The position numbers and the translations under genes are program-made. Positions 9,569-20,200 of a DNA stretch of 64,000 nucleotides are shown piece by piece; the first letter of the stretch is position 1, and each line of letters opens with the position of its first letter. The notes below the pieces were generated by a model that saw only the letters and a program-made list of their open reading frames with translations, searched no databases and was not told the origin of the DNA. The stretch comes from a virus: IMG/VR virus record IMGVR_UViG_3300017917_003607, positions 1 to 64,000 of that record, one strand, 5' to 3'.

Positions 9569-12525
9569 TAACTACAAGAAATTTCTACGTTTATACCCAC
9601 ATTTAAAGTAAGGGTTTTATCTTTAAATAGTTCGACACATCCCGAGTTAGAAATTATTAATCTCTCACTATTAACATTATAGTTCATACCATATTGATAT
9701 ATTGTTTCAAGATAGGTGTCTAACGCATCAATCCATTGTTGTTCTGTTGGATATTCTAAGAACCCATAACCAACAAAAAATGGTTGTTTAATTAGTTGTA
9801 GGTCATCTAATTTTAAATCAACATACCAAGTCGACTTAATAGAATTTAAGTTACAATTTGATAAAGTGTACCCACTTTGGGTTACAACAAAATTTGTGGC
9901 AATTGATAAAGCATCTGAGAATGAATTTAGTATTGATGTCGTTCCACTCCAAGGAATTGTACTTGCAGAAATTGTTTCATCAATGCAATCATTGGATAAT
10001 ACAACACCATCAAACACACACGGTATACATTCTACCGCTGTGACAATACAACCTCTTTGTCTTCTGTAAACATATTTTTGTCTGTGAAAAGCTGAGTTTT
10101 CAAATTTGAGTCCTCCATTCCAAATTGTTGAGGATGGTATTACTTGTTCAACTAATTTTGTCCAGTAATCACCAATACCTAAACAATAATCAATCATCTT
10201 TTGATAAGTGTATTTGTTGGTTTGAATTCCCTTATCTTCCAAAGATTTTAAGTAGTTCCAATAAACTAATTGTAATGTTGGGTATCCTGACGACTTACCG
10301 TCAGTTGTAAACCATCTATTTCTAACATTTATCATGTTATGATAGAAATCTTGTGCAAATTCAGCAAATGTTTTTGTTTGTGGTTGTGGATTAACAAATG
10401 TCCAATCTATATTACCAGGTGATGGGTAAGGTGTTGTAAGACCAGTGTATGGTATTGGATAATCAGTTAGATTAGATTGTTCCCACACATCGTAAGTTAA
10501 ACCTTGTCCGACGTTTAAGAATAAATCTACGTTCTTTACATTTATTGCCAAACTATCATCCAAATTCAAAACATTTGTTGTACTGGCTGCGGCTTTAGCG
10601 GTTTCTTTTCTCGCTGTGACATTAAAACCAATACCATCCAAATTAGGAAACTTTCTGTATCTTTGTAAAAATTGTTGTCCAAATGATGGAGCTTGTTTAA
10701 TTACTTTAACACTTGGTGTTGTACTTGTATAGGTAAGTGTTGTCGTTTCAACTAAATTCTCACTAACGTGAAATGAATTTTGTTCGAACCAACCTTGACC
10801 TTTTTGGAAAAAGAAATTGTTTGTTTGGTCAGGTGTTTTAGGATACCCTGTTTCTGTTATTGGATAATCTAAAATATTAAATGTAGACGCAGATGAAACT
10901 ATATTGGTTGTAAACGCACTATATGTTTTACCCTTAATATTATATTCACTATTAACTAAATAAGAAGGTATTGATTGGTTATATGTACCTCCTGAAATAT
11001 TTGCAAACTTTTGTAAAAAATCTTCGTAAGAAACTTTTCTATCCGCCAAGTAAACGGTTTCGTTAAATTCTATTAGAGCATCTGGTGCTCCAACCATTCT
11101 CATAAGAAACTCAACAGATTTCCTCGTACCTTTAGATTTAAATAAATTTGAAGCGTTTATAACTAATTTTTTATAAAATTCAACATTTAATTCAGCAGGT
11201 GTTTGGTCTCGTGTCCAACCCTCATAAATTGATTTGTTTTTAACACCATAAGTTGATTCAAGAAAATCTTCATTAGAGATTGGTGATATATTTGTGTTCC
11301 AACCCAAAGTGTTTGCCAAATTAACGTACAAAGCCGATGGTAAGTCATTTTTAGAGATATACTGAAACGAATTCATTTTTGCCAACCCATCAATGAAAAG
11401 TTTTGTCTCATCAAAACTTCTACCGTAGATTTGAATAATCTTTTCCATTCTTTGGTCAGGAGTATCAAATTCTTTGAATGAGTCGGTCAAAAGGAATCTA
11501 CTAATTACATTTGTTTTGAAATTGTCTATTTGATTTGCAAAAGTATTTAACTTTTCCAAATAAACCGTAAATGCGTTTGTGATTACATCCAGATTCCAAT
11601 TTCCATATAAAGGCCATGTTAAGAATTCATATGATGTATAAAATTGTCCATCTTCCGTTTCTTTTGGTACCTTAAAGGTGGCTGTGTATTTTGGTATTAC
11701 AAATCTATTTAATAAAAATTCTTCAACAGGGTCCATATAATCCATAAAGGACATTTCTGTTTTAAGTTTGTTTGGTCTAATAATTAAAGATTTTGTAGTA
11801 CCAACCGATGTATATGTTTTGGTTTCTGCGGAATTAGCAGACAATCCAAAAGCGTCCCCTTCAACCCAAAATGTTAATTTACCCTCAGTGGATGTTTGTG
11901 ATGGAACAAAATACTTTACCTTATATTCGTTTGATTCTCCACTAAAAAATAATGCATAGTCAGTATAATAAGTTGTGAGATTTCTTAAATAACTAACTTC
12001 GGTTGGTCTTAGCGCGATGTTTCTTGTCGCATTTTCTGTAAAATCGATATCAAATATATTTTTAACAATCTCAACATTTATATCGAAACTTGTATAGTTT
12101 TCGTTCTTATTAAAAAATATGTTTGTTGCGGTATATCCTGTTGTATAATCAATATACAAACTATCCACCTCTAAAGCCGCGGGGAAGTAATTTATTATGT
12201 GAGTTACTGAAGTTGATAATCTTTTAGCCAATGAACCATATTGGGTAAAGTTGGTTACGTCTGTAAGGTCATAAGATGGATAAACTCTTAGGTCAATTGA
12301 TACCGCTTTCCTTGCTTGTTCAATATCTACCTTTAATGAATCTAAAGTTATTGGGTCCGAAAAAACTCCAGTTGCATAATCTTCATCAATTTTCTCAGTA
12401 ATACCATAACTCCAAACAAAGTTAGTATTGGTAAGTCCTCCACCTTGGGTGGTCTGAAAACCTACTAAATCTTCGTTGGGGTCAACAAACCCCGCTCCTA
12501 CGTTTGGAATTACAATTTTAGTCAT
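9568..12525 (-). CDS. Baseplate wedge protein (T4 gp7 / P2 gpI-like)
   Basis: LFKSKGTRKSVEFLMRMVG motif; baseplate context. Confidence 0.6.
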   Translation of the reverse strand: MTKIVIPNVGAGFVDPNEDLVGFQTTQGGGLTNTNFVWSYGITEKIDEDYATGVFSDPITLDSLKVDIEQARKAVSIDLRVYPSYDLTDVTNFTQYGSLAKRLSTSVTHIINYFPAALEVDSLYIDYTTGYTATNIFFNKNENYTSFDINVEIVKNIFDIDFTENATRNIALRPTEVSYLRNLTTYYTDYALFFSGESNEYKVKYFVPSQTSTEGKLTFWVEGDAFGLSANSAETKTYTSVGTTKSLIIRPNKLKTEMSFMDYMDPVEEFLLNRFVIPKYTATFKVPKETEDGQFYTSYEFLTWPLYGNWNLDVITNAFTVYLEKLNTFANQIDNFKTNVISRFLLTDSFKEFDTPDQRMEKIIQIYGRSFDETKLFIDGLAKMNSFQYISKNDLPSALYVNLANTLGWNTNISPISNEDFLESTYGVKNKSIYEGWTRDQTPAELNVEFYKKLVINASNLFKSKGTRKSVEFLMRMVGAPDALIEFNETVYLADRKVSYEDFLQKFANISGGTYNQSIPSYLVNSEYNIKGKTYSAFTTNIVSSASTFNILDYPITETGYPKTPDQTNNFFFQKGQGWFEQNSFHVSENLVETTTLTYTSTTPSVKVIKQAPSFGQQFLQRYRKFPNLDGIGFNVTARKETAKAAASTTNVLNLDDSLAINVKNVDLFLNVGQGLTYDVWEQSNLTDYPIPYTGLTTPYPSPGNIDWTFVNPQPQTKTFAEFAQDFYHNMINVRNRWFTTDGKSSGYPTLQLVYWNYLKSLEDKGIQTNKYTYQKMIDYCLGIGDYWTKLVEQVIPSSTIWNGGLKFENSAFHRQKYVYRRQRGCIVTAVECIPCVFDGVVLSNDCIDETISASTIPWSGTTSILNSFSDALSIATNFVVTQSGYTLSNCNLNSIKSTWYVDLKLDDLQLIKQPFFVGYGFLEYPTEQQWIDALDTYLETIYQYGMNYNVNSERLIISNSGCVELFKDKTLTLNVGINVEISCS

Positions 12526-13436
12526 TATGGTATGATGTTATTAAAGTCAACTGTGAAATCTACGTTATTTTGTCTATCCTGACGAATCTCATATAATATA
12601 TCACCAAAATCATTTCTAACCTCGAACAAGTTATATTGTTTATATATTCTACTTTCTGAGTCGTATATTGTATATAAACCAGTTTCTGATGATTTACTTT
12701 GGTTACCATACAACGCAATTGCCACACTATTTAAATCATATTCGGCCATCTCTATTTCGACAACAAACGGATTGAAATATGTGTTTGTTAGTATTACGTT
12801 TTGGCCAGGTTGTCCAATATATGGTATTGCGTTTGGGTTATTTGATGGTGCACTTGAGGGTGATACAGTACAAAAGACTAAGTTTCTTGCCGAAGGTGCG
12901 TCAATGTATCTATATCTAACTGAACTAATATTACTAGCGCCAGGTTGACTTACCACCGCATCCACAAAAAAGGAAGAGGTAACAATTCTATAAAAATTTG
13001 GTATCTTTTCACCATCTGAATTTAGATATTCAACTCTATATCCAACTAAACCTTGACTTACAAATCTATTTCTAAATTGTGAGGGAACGTTATTTGTATC
13101 AATAACTAAACCTTTAACACTTGGTAATGCAGATAAAACACCACAATCAGTTAAATTTGTTCTGATTTGTACAGGTCTAATCATTAATGTGTAGATACCG
13201 ATTTTGTTAAATTCATTTGCGGGTAGTTTCATATTGTATAAACCACCCAAGATTTCATCTGTTCCACCACCAGTGCTGGCATTGTTAAAATAAGGTGTTA
13301 GAATTTGAGACGCGTTTAATTTTTTTATAATGGGATTTGATGTAAAATCCCTTGATGGTGTATAAATCATAATGATTTCTACATCTTCAGGTGCCATGTC
13401 GGCTGGTCGTGTTATACCGTAGGTTCCAAGTGCCAT
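12525..13436 (-). CDS. Hypothetical virion structural protein
   Basis: 303-aa ORF coupled by TAATG to the next gene. Confidence 0.55.
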   Translation of the reverse strand: MALGTYGITRPADMAPEDVEIIMIYTPSRDFTSNPIIKKLNASQILTPYFNNASTGGGTDEILGGLYNMKLPANEFNKIGIYTLMIRPVQIRTNLTDCGVLSALPSVKGLVIDTNNVPSQFRNRFVSQGLVGYRVEYLNSDGEKIPNFYRIVTSSFFVDAVVSQPGASNISSVRYRYIDAPSARNLVFCTVSPSSAPSNNPNAIPYIGQPGQNVILTNTYFNPFVVEIEMAEYDLNSVAIALYGNQSKSSETGLYTIYDSESRIYKQYNLFEVRNDFGDILYEIRQDRQNNVDFTVDFNNIIP

Positions 13437-13505
13437 ATGTTTTTTTTACTCTTTAGTTTTTGCTGTTTAGCGTGTTATTCATAAATACTCAATTTAAAAA
13501 AATCC

Positions 13506-14630
13506 TTATTGTTCAATTATCTTAAAATATCCGTAACCGTATTTTGTAAGGTCACCTAAATTATCAATCTCACCTAATCTAAGAAAACTTTCTGTCCCCG
13601 ACAGTTTGCCTCTGTCAATGAAAACGTCAGATTGAATTTCTGTTCCGTTTACCATACCAATTAATATTTCTTCTTTAACTACGGGAACTGGTGTCATATT
13701 GTATTCGGTAAGACCTGAAACTATTGGAATTACTTTATCAGGTTGAGTTGGGTTTATGTATCCTGTTATAAACAAGGTGTACCCTTGTGGAAAATCGTAA
13801 TACAAAATATTATCGTATGTATACCCTGTAAAATCAGGACCTAAGTTTGTAACCCATCCCGCCAATTTATCTTTTTGATATACAGGTGCTCCAACCACAT
13901 ATGGATAAGGTCCGTATTGTTTTAGTTGTGTTAATTTAGATTGTGTAAAACCAGTGACAAAATAAGGAACTGTTGTGTAATTAGAACTCTTTTGTGCCTG
14001 AACTGAGTTATAACTGTCTCCCGTAAAAATCCATTTGTATGATATTGGTGTCGCAGACCAAACACCTGTATTCATCACAAAAAAATATTCTCCTTCAGGA
14101 TTTTCAAAACTCATTTCTTTGTAAGGTATTGTTATGTTTTTTACAGTCACGGTTGTTCCCCAAGCCGCAGTACCACTCAAACTAACACTATAAATTTTTG
14201 ATTGTCCATTACTTAAAGATGGATAAGTATGTTCAATAAAACTAGGGTATTTTTTTGTAAATGTTTCTACAGGTGAATCATCTCCCCAATTTATATCATA
14301 ACTGACTTGTTGTGATAATTCTTCGGATGTATTGTAAACATATAGGTTATATGGGGAACCTGTTGTTGCCGAGTATATAAAGTTATTGTTAATATCCTTT
14401 TGATATATCGCTCCGTCAAAACCTGAATAATATCCTATGTCTTTATAAGTTTGACTAAAAAAAACAGGTATAGTCAATCCTGTCAATACAGAATCACCAT
14501 TTGTACCACCCGATAACAAGTAGGTTAATCCTGTCCAACCACTAACTGTTTGACCAGAAATTTCTTGTGAAACAATTGCAGATTTTAAAACCTCCTGAGA
14601 TATTGTAATATTATAAGTTTCAGTTTTCAT
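13506..14630 (-). CDS. Structural protein with PKD-like domain
   Basis: YDINWGDDSP...IEHTY PKD-like signature. Confidence 0.55.
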   Translation of the reverse strand: MKTETYNITISQEVLKSAIVSQEISGQTVSGWTGLTYLLSGGTNGDSVLTGLTIPVFFSQTYKDIGYYSGFDGAIYQKDINNNFIYSATTGSPYNLYVYNTSEELSQQVSYDINWGDDSPVETFTKKYPSFIEHTYPSLSNGQSKIYSVSLSGTAAWGTTVTVKNITIPYKEMSFENPEGEYFFVMNTGVWSATPISYKWIFTGDSYNSVQAQKSSNYTTVPYFVTGFTQSKLTQLKQYGPYPYVVGAPVYQKDKLAGWVTNLGPDFTGYTYDNILYYDFPQGYTLFITGYINPTQPDKVIPIVSGLTEYNMTPVPVVKEEILIGMVNGTEIQSDVFIDRGKLSGTESFLRLGEIDNLGDLTKYGYGYFKIIEQ

Positions 14631-15484
14631 GGATTAACATATTCATACCATTTAATTGGGGCGGTTCTAGTCCCTCTTCTGTCTGAAAAAGAATTGACAT
14701 CTGTTTCATTATCAAATACTTGATATTGATAGGTATCATAATCTAATTTCAATACGTAATAAAAATATTCTTCTTGAGAAAAATTAAATTTATTTTGTAA
14801 CTCACCTTGGGGTTGTTTAATCATTCTTTTAAATTGTCCAATGCCAGCGTCATAATATTTACAACTCATATATAAAGTACCAGCATCTATAAAGTCTCTA
14901 TTTTTTAACCAATAAACATAATATCCTTCTTTATCACCTGTGTGATTAAGAGAAAATTTAGGTTTTCTAATTTTAACAATATTTTGTCCTATAACCGCAT
15001 CAAGGGTTTCGCCTTGTTGTACAGGTATTATAATTGTTAATAAAATTTGTTGACTTGTACTTTTAGTTGAATCATAAAAATCTAATTTAAAATAAGATTT
15101 TGAAAATACATTTTCATAATAGTAAATTTGTTGGTTGGTATAACCGTTGGCTCTATAATCAATAACCCAATTATCATTATTTGTAGTTGCGGTTACTGAT
15201 GAATTTGTAAGAGCAGAATAAAAATAAAACTCGTAGTTAATTGATGTATTGTTTGCTGGTCCATGAACCACACCTCTCCAAGCAGAATGTGAGTATCTTA
15301 TAGTTTCTAAATCATCTATTGGATTGATGCTTGCTCTTATAATTTCGTTTTCATATTCATCAATACTTTCGTTAACACCTGTAAAATCAAAAACAGATGA
15401 TATTGGTATTTTAATTCCAATATCATTAGTTGCACCAGTATTTGTTAGGCTGATTGGGTTGTATCTAAATCTGTAATTATTCAC
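14627..15484 (-). CDS. Hypothetical baseplate-region protein
   Basis: 285-aa ORF overlapping both neighbours. Confidence 0.55.
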   Translation of the reverse strand: MNNYRFRYNPISLTNTGATNDIGIKIPISSVFDFTGVNESIDEYENEIIRASINPIDDLETIRYSHSAWRGVVHGPANNTSINYEFYFYSALTNSSVTATTNNDNWVIDYRANGYTNQQIYYYENVFSKSYFKLDFYDSTKSTSQQILLTIIIPVQQGETLDAVIGQNIVKIRKPKFSLNHTGDKEGYYVYWLKNRDFIDAGTLYMSCKYYDAGIGQFKRMIKQPQGELQNKFNFSQEEYFYYVLKLDYDTYQYQVFDNETDVNSFSDRRGTRTAPIKWYEYVNP

Positions 15485-17240
15485 AATCGTCTTTTATTGG
15501 TTGTGTTACCACGGGTGGGTTAAAGTTTAGGTTTTTATACGGTGTCGATAACATAAACGTTACATTTGTGAAAGGATAGTGTGCGTCATTTAAATATGGG
15601 TAGTTAACACCTAAATCCCCATCAGCATCACCGTATGGTATTATATCACGCCATATCCATCTATTTAAATTTTCAGAATAATAAGCCCAAGGTTTTCTTG
15701 TTGTTGAAACTTGACCTGTTGATTCTGAGAGAGTTGAATAAAAATCTCTGAGTTTTATTGGATAATGTGGTTGATAAAAATATCCTGGTGGGTTATCTGA
15801 ACCATTATCCTCTGTTTGGTACAATGCGTCGTTAAATGTTATTTTATGTTGACAGTTTGAAACTACGTATTCTAATTGTTCAATTTCATTATACTCACAG
15901 AAGTCGCCAACAAGTACATCTTCTTTTTTTAGTGGGCTATTATAGAAAAATCTATATGTTTTATTATTAGAGAATCTTGTATATGACTCTACAGGAATCT
16001 CTTCTAAACTGTCTATATTATTTATTTTCCACCAATCATCAATAGAATCTTCATGAAAGTTAAAATTCCAACCATACTGAAGTGCATTATTCGTATTAGA
16101 TAATGGTTTATTGAACCATCCATAATAACCTTTATTAACAATAGTTAGATAATATCTTGTAATTGGTTTTAAATTATTATCATAGTATTCGTCAATATTA
16201 AAATCATTTCTAAACGTATAACTATATGTTTGTGTACCCTCTTTTATTGAAACTCTTTGTTGTAGGTTTGGTGTAAGAGCGGAGTATTCAAGTTTTTGTT
16301 GTGTGCTAAATGCGTTGTTTTCAAATGCTAAATTATTAACATTTGAATCAGTTTCATCTGTTATAATTTTATGTAGTCTAACATAGTATCTTGATTTTGT
16401 TTCTGCAGAGTTTTCTATGTTTACTATTCTTTTAAAAGTTCCCGTAACCCCGTTAACAAATGTTGTACCTGTATATCCAATATCAACTATCGAAAAACTT
16501 GTTTCGTTATTTGAAAATCCAGGTTCACCAACAACGTCAACCCTAAAAGTTTTAATTCCATTATATTCAATTGATAACTCAACAAATTGTGAAACTGTCA
16601 AATTATGATTACCACCACATCTAAAAGTTATATATTTACTTCCGTTAAAGACATTATTGATAATCGTAAAAGGAATTCCATCCATAGCTTTAAATGTTAT
16701 GGTATTACCACTTAATTGTTTGTCAACATATGACATTCTTTGTTCTGTAATTGATGAAAACGGGTAACTTAAATATACCCCCCAATTATATGTTGACGCA
16801 CTTTGTGGTAGAACTCTAATGTGTGGATTATCATAATCGGTCCTTATGAAACTGAATTCATTGTATTGCGGATATCCATTCCATCTTAATCCAAAAGTAT
16901 CAGGTACTCTTTCAAAATTATTAAAAAGGGTTTGGTTTTTTTCCAAAACCTCTATAGGGTTAGTTAAAAATAAGAAATTTTTATAATTGTCATAATCTGT
17001 GGAGCCAATAATTGAATTTGAAAAAATGTTTGTGAGTTTACCACTTATTCTGAATATTGACGAGTTTTGCCTTTCAACCTCTGATTGTGTTAGTAAGTTC
17101 ACATTTCTAGTGCGGTCCGATTCAATTAATTCTTTTTGGTCAGATACAAACTCAGTAGGAATAGATATTATTCTTTCAGTCGCCCCTTTGTATCTGAGGT
17201 TTCCTTTAATTATTGTTATATCACTTTGATACGATGCCAT
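15477..17240 (-). CDS. Hypothetical baseplate-region protein
   Basis: 587-aa ORF, translationally coupled. Confidence 0.55.
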   Translation of the reverse strand: MASYQSDITIIKGNLRYKGATERIISIPTEFVSDQKELIESDRTRNVNLLTQSEVERQNSSIFRISGKLTNIFSNSIIGSTDYDNYKNFLFLTNPIEVLEKNQTLFNNFERVPDTFGLRWNGYPQYNEFSFIRTDYDNPHIRVLPQSASTYNWGVYLSYPFSSITEQRMSYVDKQLSGNTITFKAMDGIPFTIINNVFNGSKYITFRCGGNHNLTVSQFVELSIEYNGIKTFRVDVVGEPGFSNNETSFSIVDIGYTGTTFVNGVTGTFKRIVNIENSAETKSRYYVRLHKIITDETDSNVNNLAFENNAFSTQQKLEYSALTPNLQQRVSIKEGTQTYSYTFRNDFNIDEYYDNNLKPITRYYLTIVNKGYYGWFNKPLSNTNNALQYGWNFNFHEDSIDDWWKINNIDSLEEIPVESYTRFSNNKTYRFFYNSPLKKEDVLVGDFCEYNEIEQLEYVVSNCQHKITFNDALYQTEDNGSDNPPGYFYQPHYPIKLRDFYSTLSESTGQVSTTRKPWAYYSENLNRWIWRDIIPYGDADGDLGVNYPYLNDAHYPFTNVTFMLSTPYKNLNFNPPVVTQPIKDDCE

Positions 17241-20200
17241 TATAAATCAATTAAATTTCTCTTAACAAATATGTCATATGCCGTTTTACCCGCCTTTAAT
17301 CCAAAATAAAAATGGAATGGAGCCCCAACCATTATTTCATTTGGACTGCCAGGGTCGGCGAATCCATCAAAGGTAAATCCTGTTACTACTCCTTTTGAGT
17401 CGGTAAGTCCACTTGAATCGTAAATATATCCAGGTCTTTGTGTTGTTGGATTTTTTACAGAACTTTTATAGTATGTACCATCATTTAATCGGTCTATTCC
17501 TTGGTATGGTGTAATTACAAACTTATTTGGGTCGTCTGTCAACCACTCATTTTTTTCCGAACCAAATATACTTATTTTACCATCAATCACTGTTTGATTA
17601 TCTAACTTCCATCTATACATCGGTACAATTTGTGATTTAATACCAAATGTATCATAAGCAAATTTAGTTGGTGTATCGATAAATATTTGACGACCAGGTG
17701 TTATATAATCTCTAGTTGTTGTACTTGCGGTAAAAAACACACCAATAGTGGCATCAGGTCTACCATCATAAAAAAGATTTTCATCTTTATATGTTTCAGG
17801 TGAAAATGGAGTGACCCCAATTTCACTATTTATACTATTCAATTGTGCAAAATCACCATCTATTTTTTTACCATTTCTACTAAAAAGTTGAGATACACTT
17901 CCTGATTTAGCTGAAAACATTAATTGTAAAAATTTAGCATTTGCCAATCTGCTTACCACAAAAAATTGTGCCAAGTCAGAAATACTGTTATATGAACTAG
18001 GTTTCAAGGTGTCCATATAGTATCCTTGAAATTCTGGTTTGGCGCAAACGAATTTTATTAAGTTGTCTTTCGGTCCCAAGTCAACAATCGTTGTTGGGTT
18101 CCCTAAGAAGTATTTGTTAGAACCAATTTTAGGGTCTGTTTGACCACTATCTTTTCCTATAAATTTTCCTTCTATTTGATTAAATGGTGATGACCTATAA
18201 AAGAAAGAATTATTTTCTAATCTAAATGTAATTTTATCTTTACAAAAATCGTAATTTCCAAAAGCGTTTGGTCCCGCGCCAGGTCTTGAGGTTGTATCAA
18301 GGCCTCGATAAATTCTGTCGTTTTGGAATCCTGGCATATACAATACACCATTTACCCATTGGTTTGTGAATGTCATTCCAAAAATATTTCTACACAAAGC
18401 AAAACCTAAAATGTATCTTGCTTTCCATTCTGAAAATACTTCCAAATCACCAGCGATTGCTAAATCTCTTTCACAAACAACATAACATCCTTTTACTACT
18501 TTAGGGAATCCTTGCACACCGCCATTATCATATACAGGATTTGGTTTTGGTTTAATTCGTAAAGCCTGACCTGGTAATTGTTCGTAGGCACCCAATGGTA
18601 CAATTGAGTCACAACTAAACGAACTTAACACCGAGGTTACTTGCGAACCGTAGTCTTCTTGGAAATCTTCGGATTGTCCTCTACTAAAGTCATTTGCATT
18701 TGCAACCGCAACCAAAGGAACATCCGCATATCCTTTATCGGGTACTACATACATTGCAAACGCTTTGTTTTGAGCCAATACAAAATTATTATCAAACGCA
18801 TCAGACCTTGGTAGTCTGTCAGTCCTCATTACTATGTTCACATTTGAAGACATGTTAAGTGTGTTACCCGTTGGGGTATAAACGCTTCTATAATATTTAC
18901 TATCACCAACGTCTTCATTTCTTTCGTTTTTTCGTTTGTATTCACCATCATCGTATTTCAAGTAATAACCTACAGGTGTTTTGAAAAATACTCTTGCCAT
19001 TTCTGAACCACCGCCAACATATTCAAATGGGTAATATCCATCAATACCTGGTGTTAAGAATTTATTACCTTCTTTATCGTTACCAGTATTTTTACTACCA
19101 TTATAAGAACTATAAAGTCTATGGTTATTAGTTGTAAACGCGGAATATCTCCAATTTTTTTCTGTTGTTGTTTGTGTTGAAGGTGTGAAAAAATATGATG
19201 GATAGAAAATTTGTGTTCCAACATTTGAGGTATAATCTGTGTGTTGTTTTAAGTTTAAATCAGGTTGTATTGGTATATTTAATTTGTATTCCAAATCCGT
19301 GACCATAGTACCTTCTTTAGTACCAAAAACTCTTGATACATCAATTTTAGTTCTTTGCCTAGGCGAATATGGGTCAACACCTTTCATCATTACAACCGCC
19401 ACTAAATTATTTCTTATTTCTTGAGGAATTTGGTCAATAGCAATTTGTTTATCAACCCCATTACAAAATGAGTTACCAATTACCCTATCATTTTCTTCAT
19501 CTCTAAAAGCCCACGCCACATTCATTTCTCCCTTTATTACTCTTCGATAAAATGAATTATTATAGTAGGAATAATCAATAGTATTACCATTAACTATTTG
19601 ACTTAATTGTAATAATGTATATCCTGTTACAATTTGATAATATTCAATATCCGATGGAAAATTATAAGATGTAACACCACTGTATAAGTTTTGTTGAATT
19701 GTGAATTGTTTAGTTATTGGTATTAAATTACTTGAGTTGCTTGGGTCCGCATATTGTATTGTAATTTTTGTAGTTCCTAAAGTTGGTGTAGAACCAGTTA
19801 CGTTTCTAGTGCCTAATAAGTTTTTTTCTGATGTTACACCTGAAACATTTATGTCTTTAGTATTATTTGCCGAAACAAATGATAACATAGTACCCGCACT
19901 AAACGTAGATAAAAATCCTCTATCACAAAGAACAACCAAAGGTTGGTCTTCGTAAAAAGCGGCATTGGTGTAAGATGAAACAGTTGCACCATTACCTGAG
20001 TAATTTGGGTAAATTTTAATTCTATTACTCATACCACCTGAAGTGTTATTAAAATAGTGTGCCTTTGTGTTATATAAGTTTACTCTTTCAGGTATTGGTA
20101 GTGTATATTGTTGTTTATCCTCTGTTGCACAATCATCCCCATTACCTGTTTGGTCAGGGTCAAGTTTACCCGATGTCCAATAATCATTATTCCTAAATTC

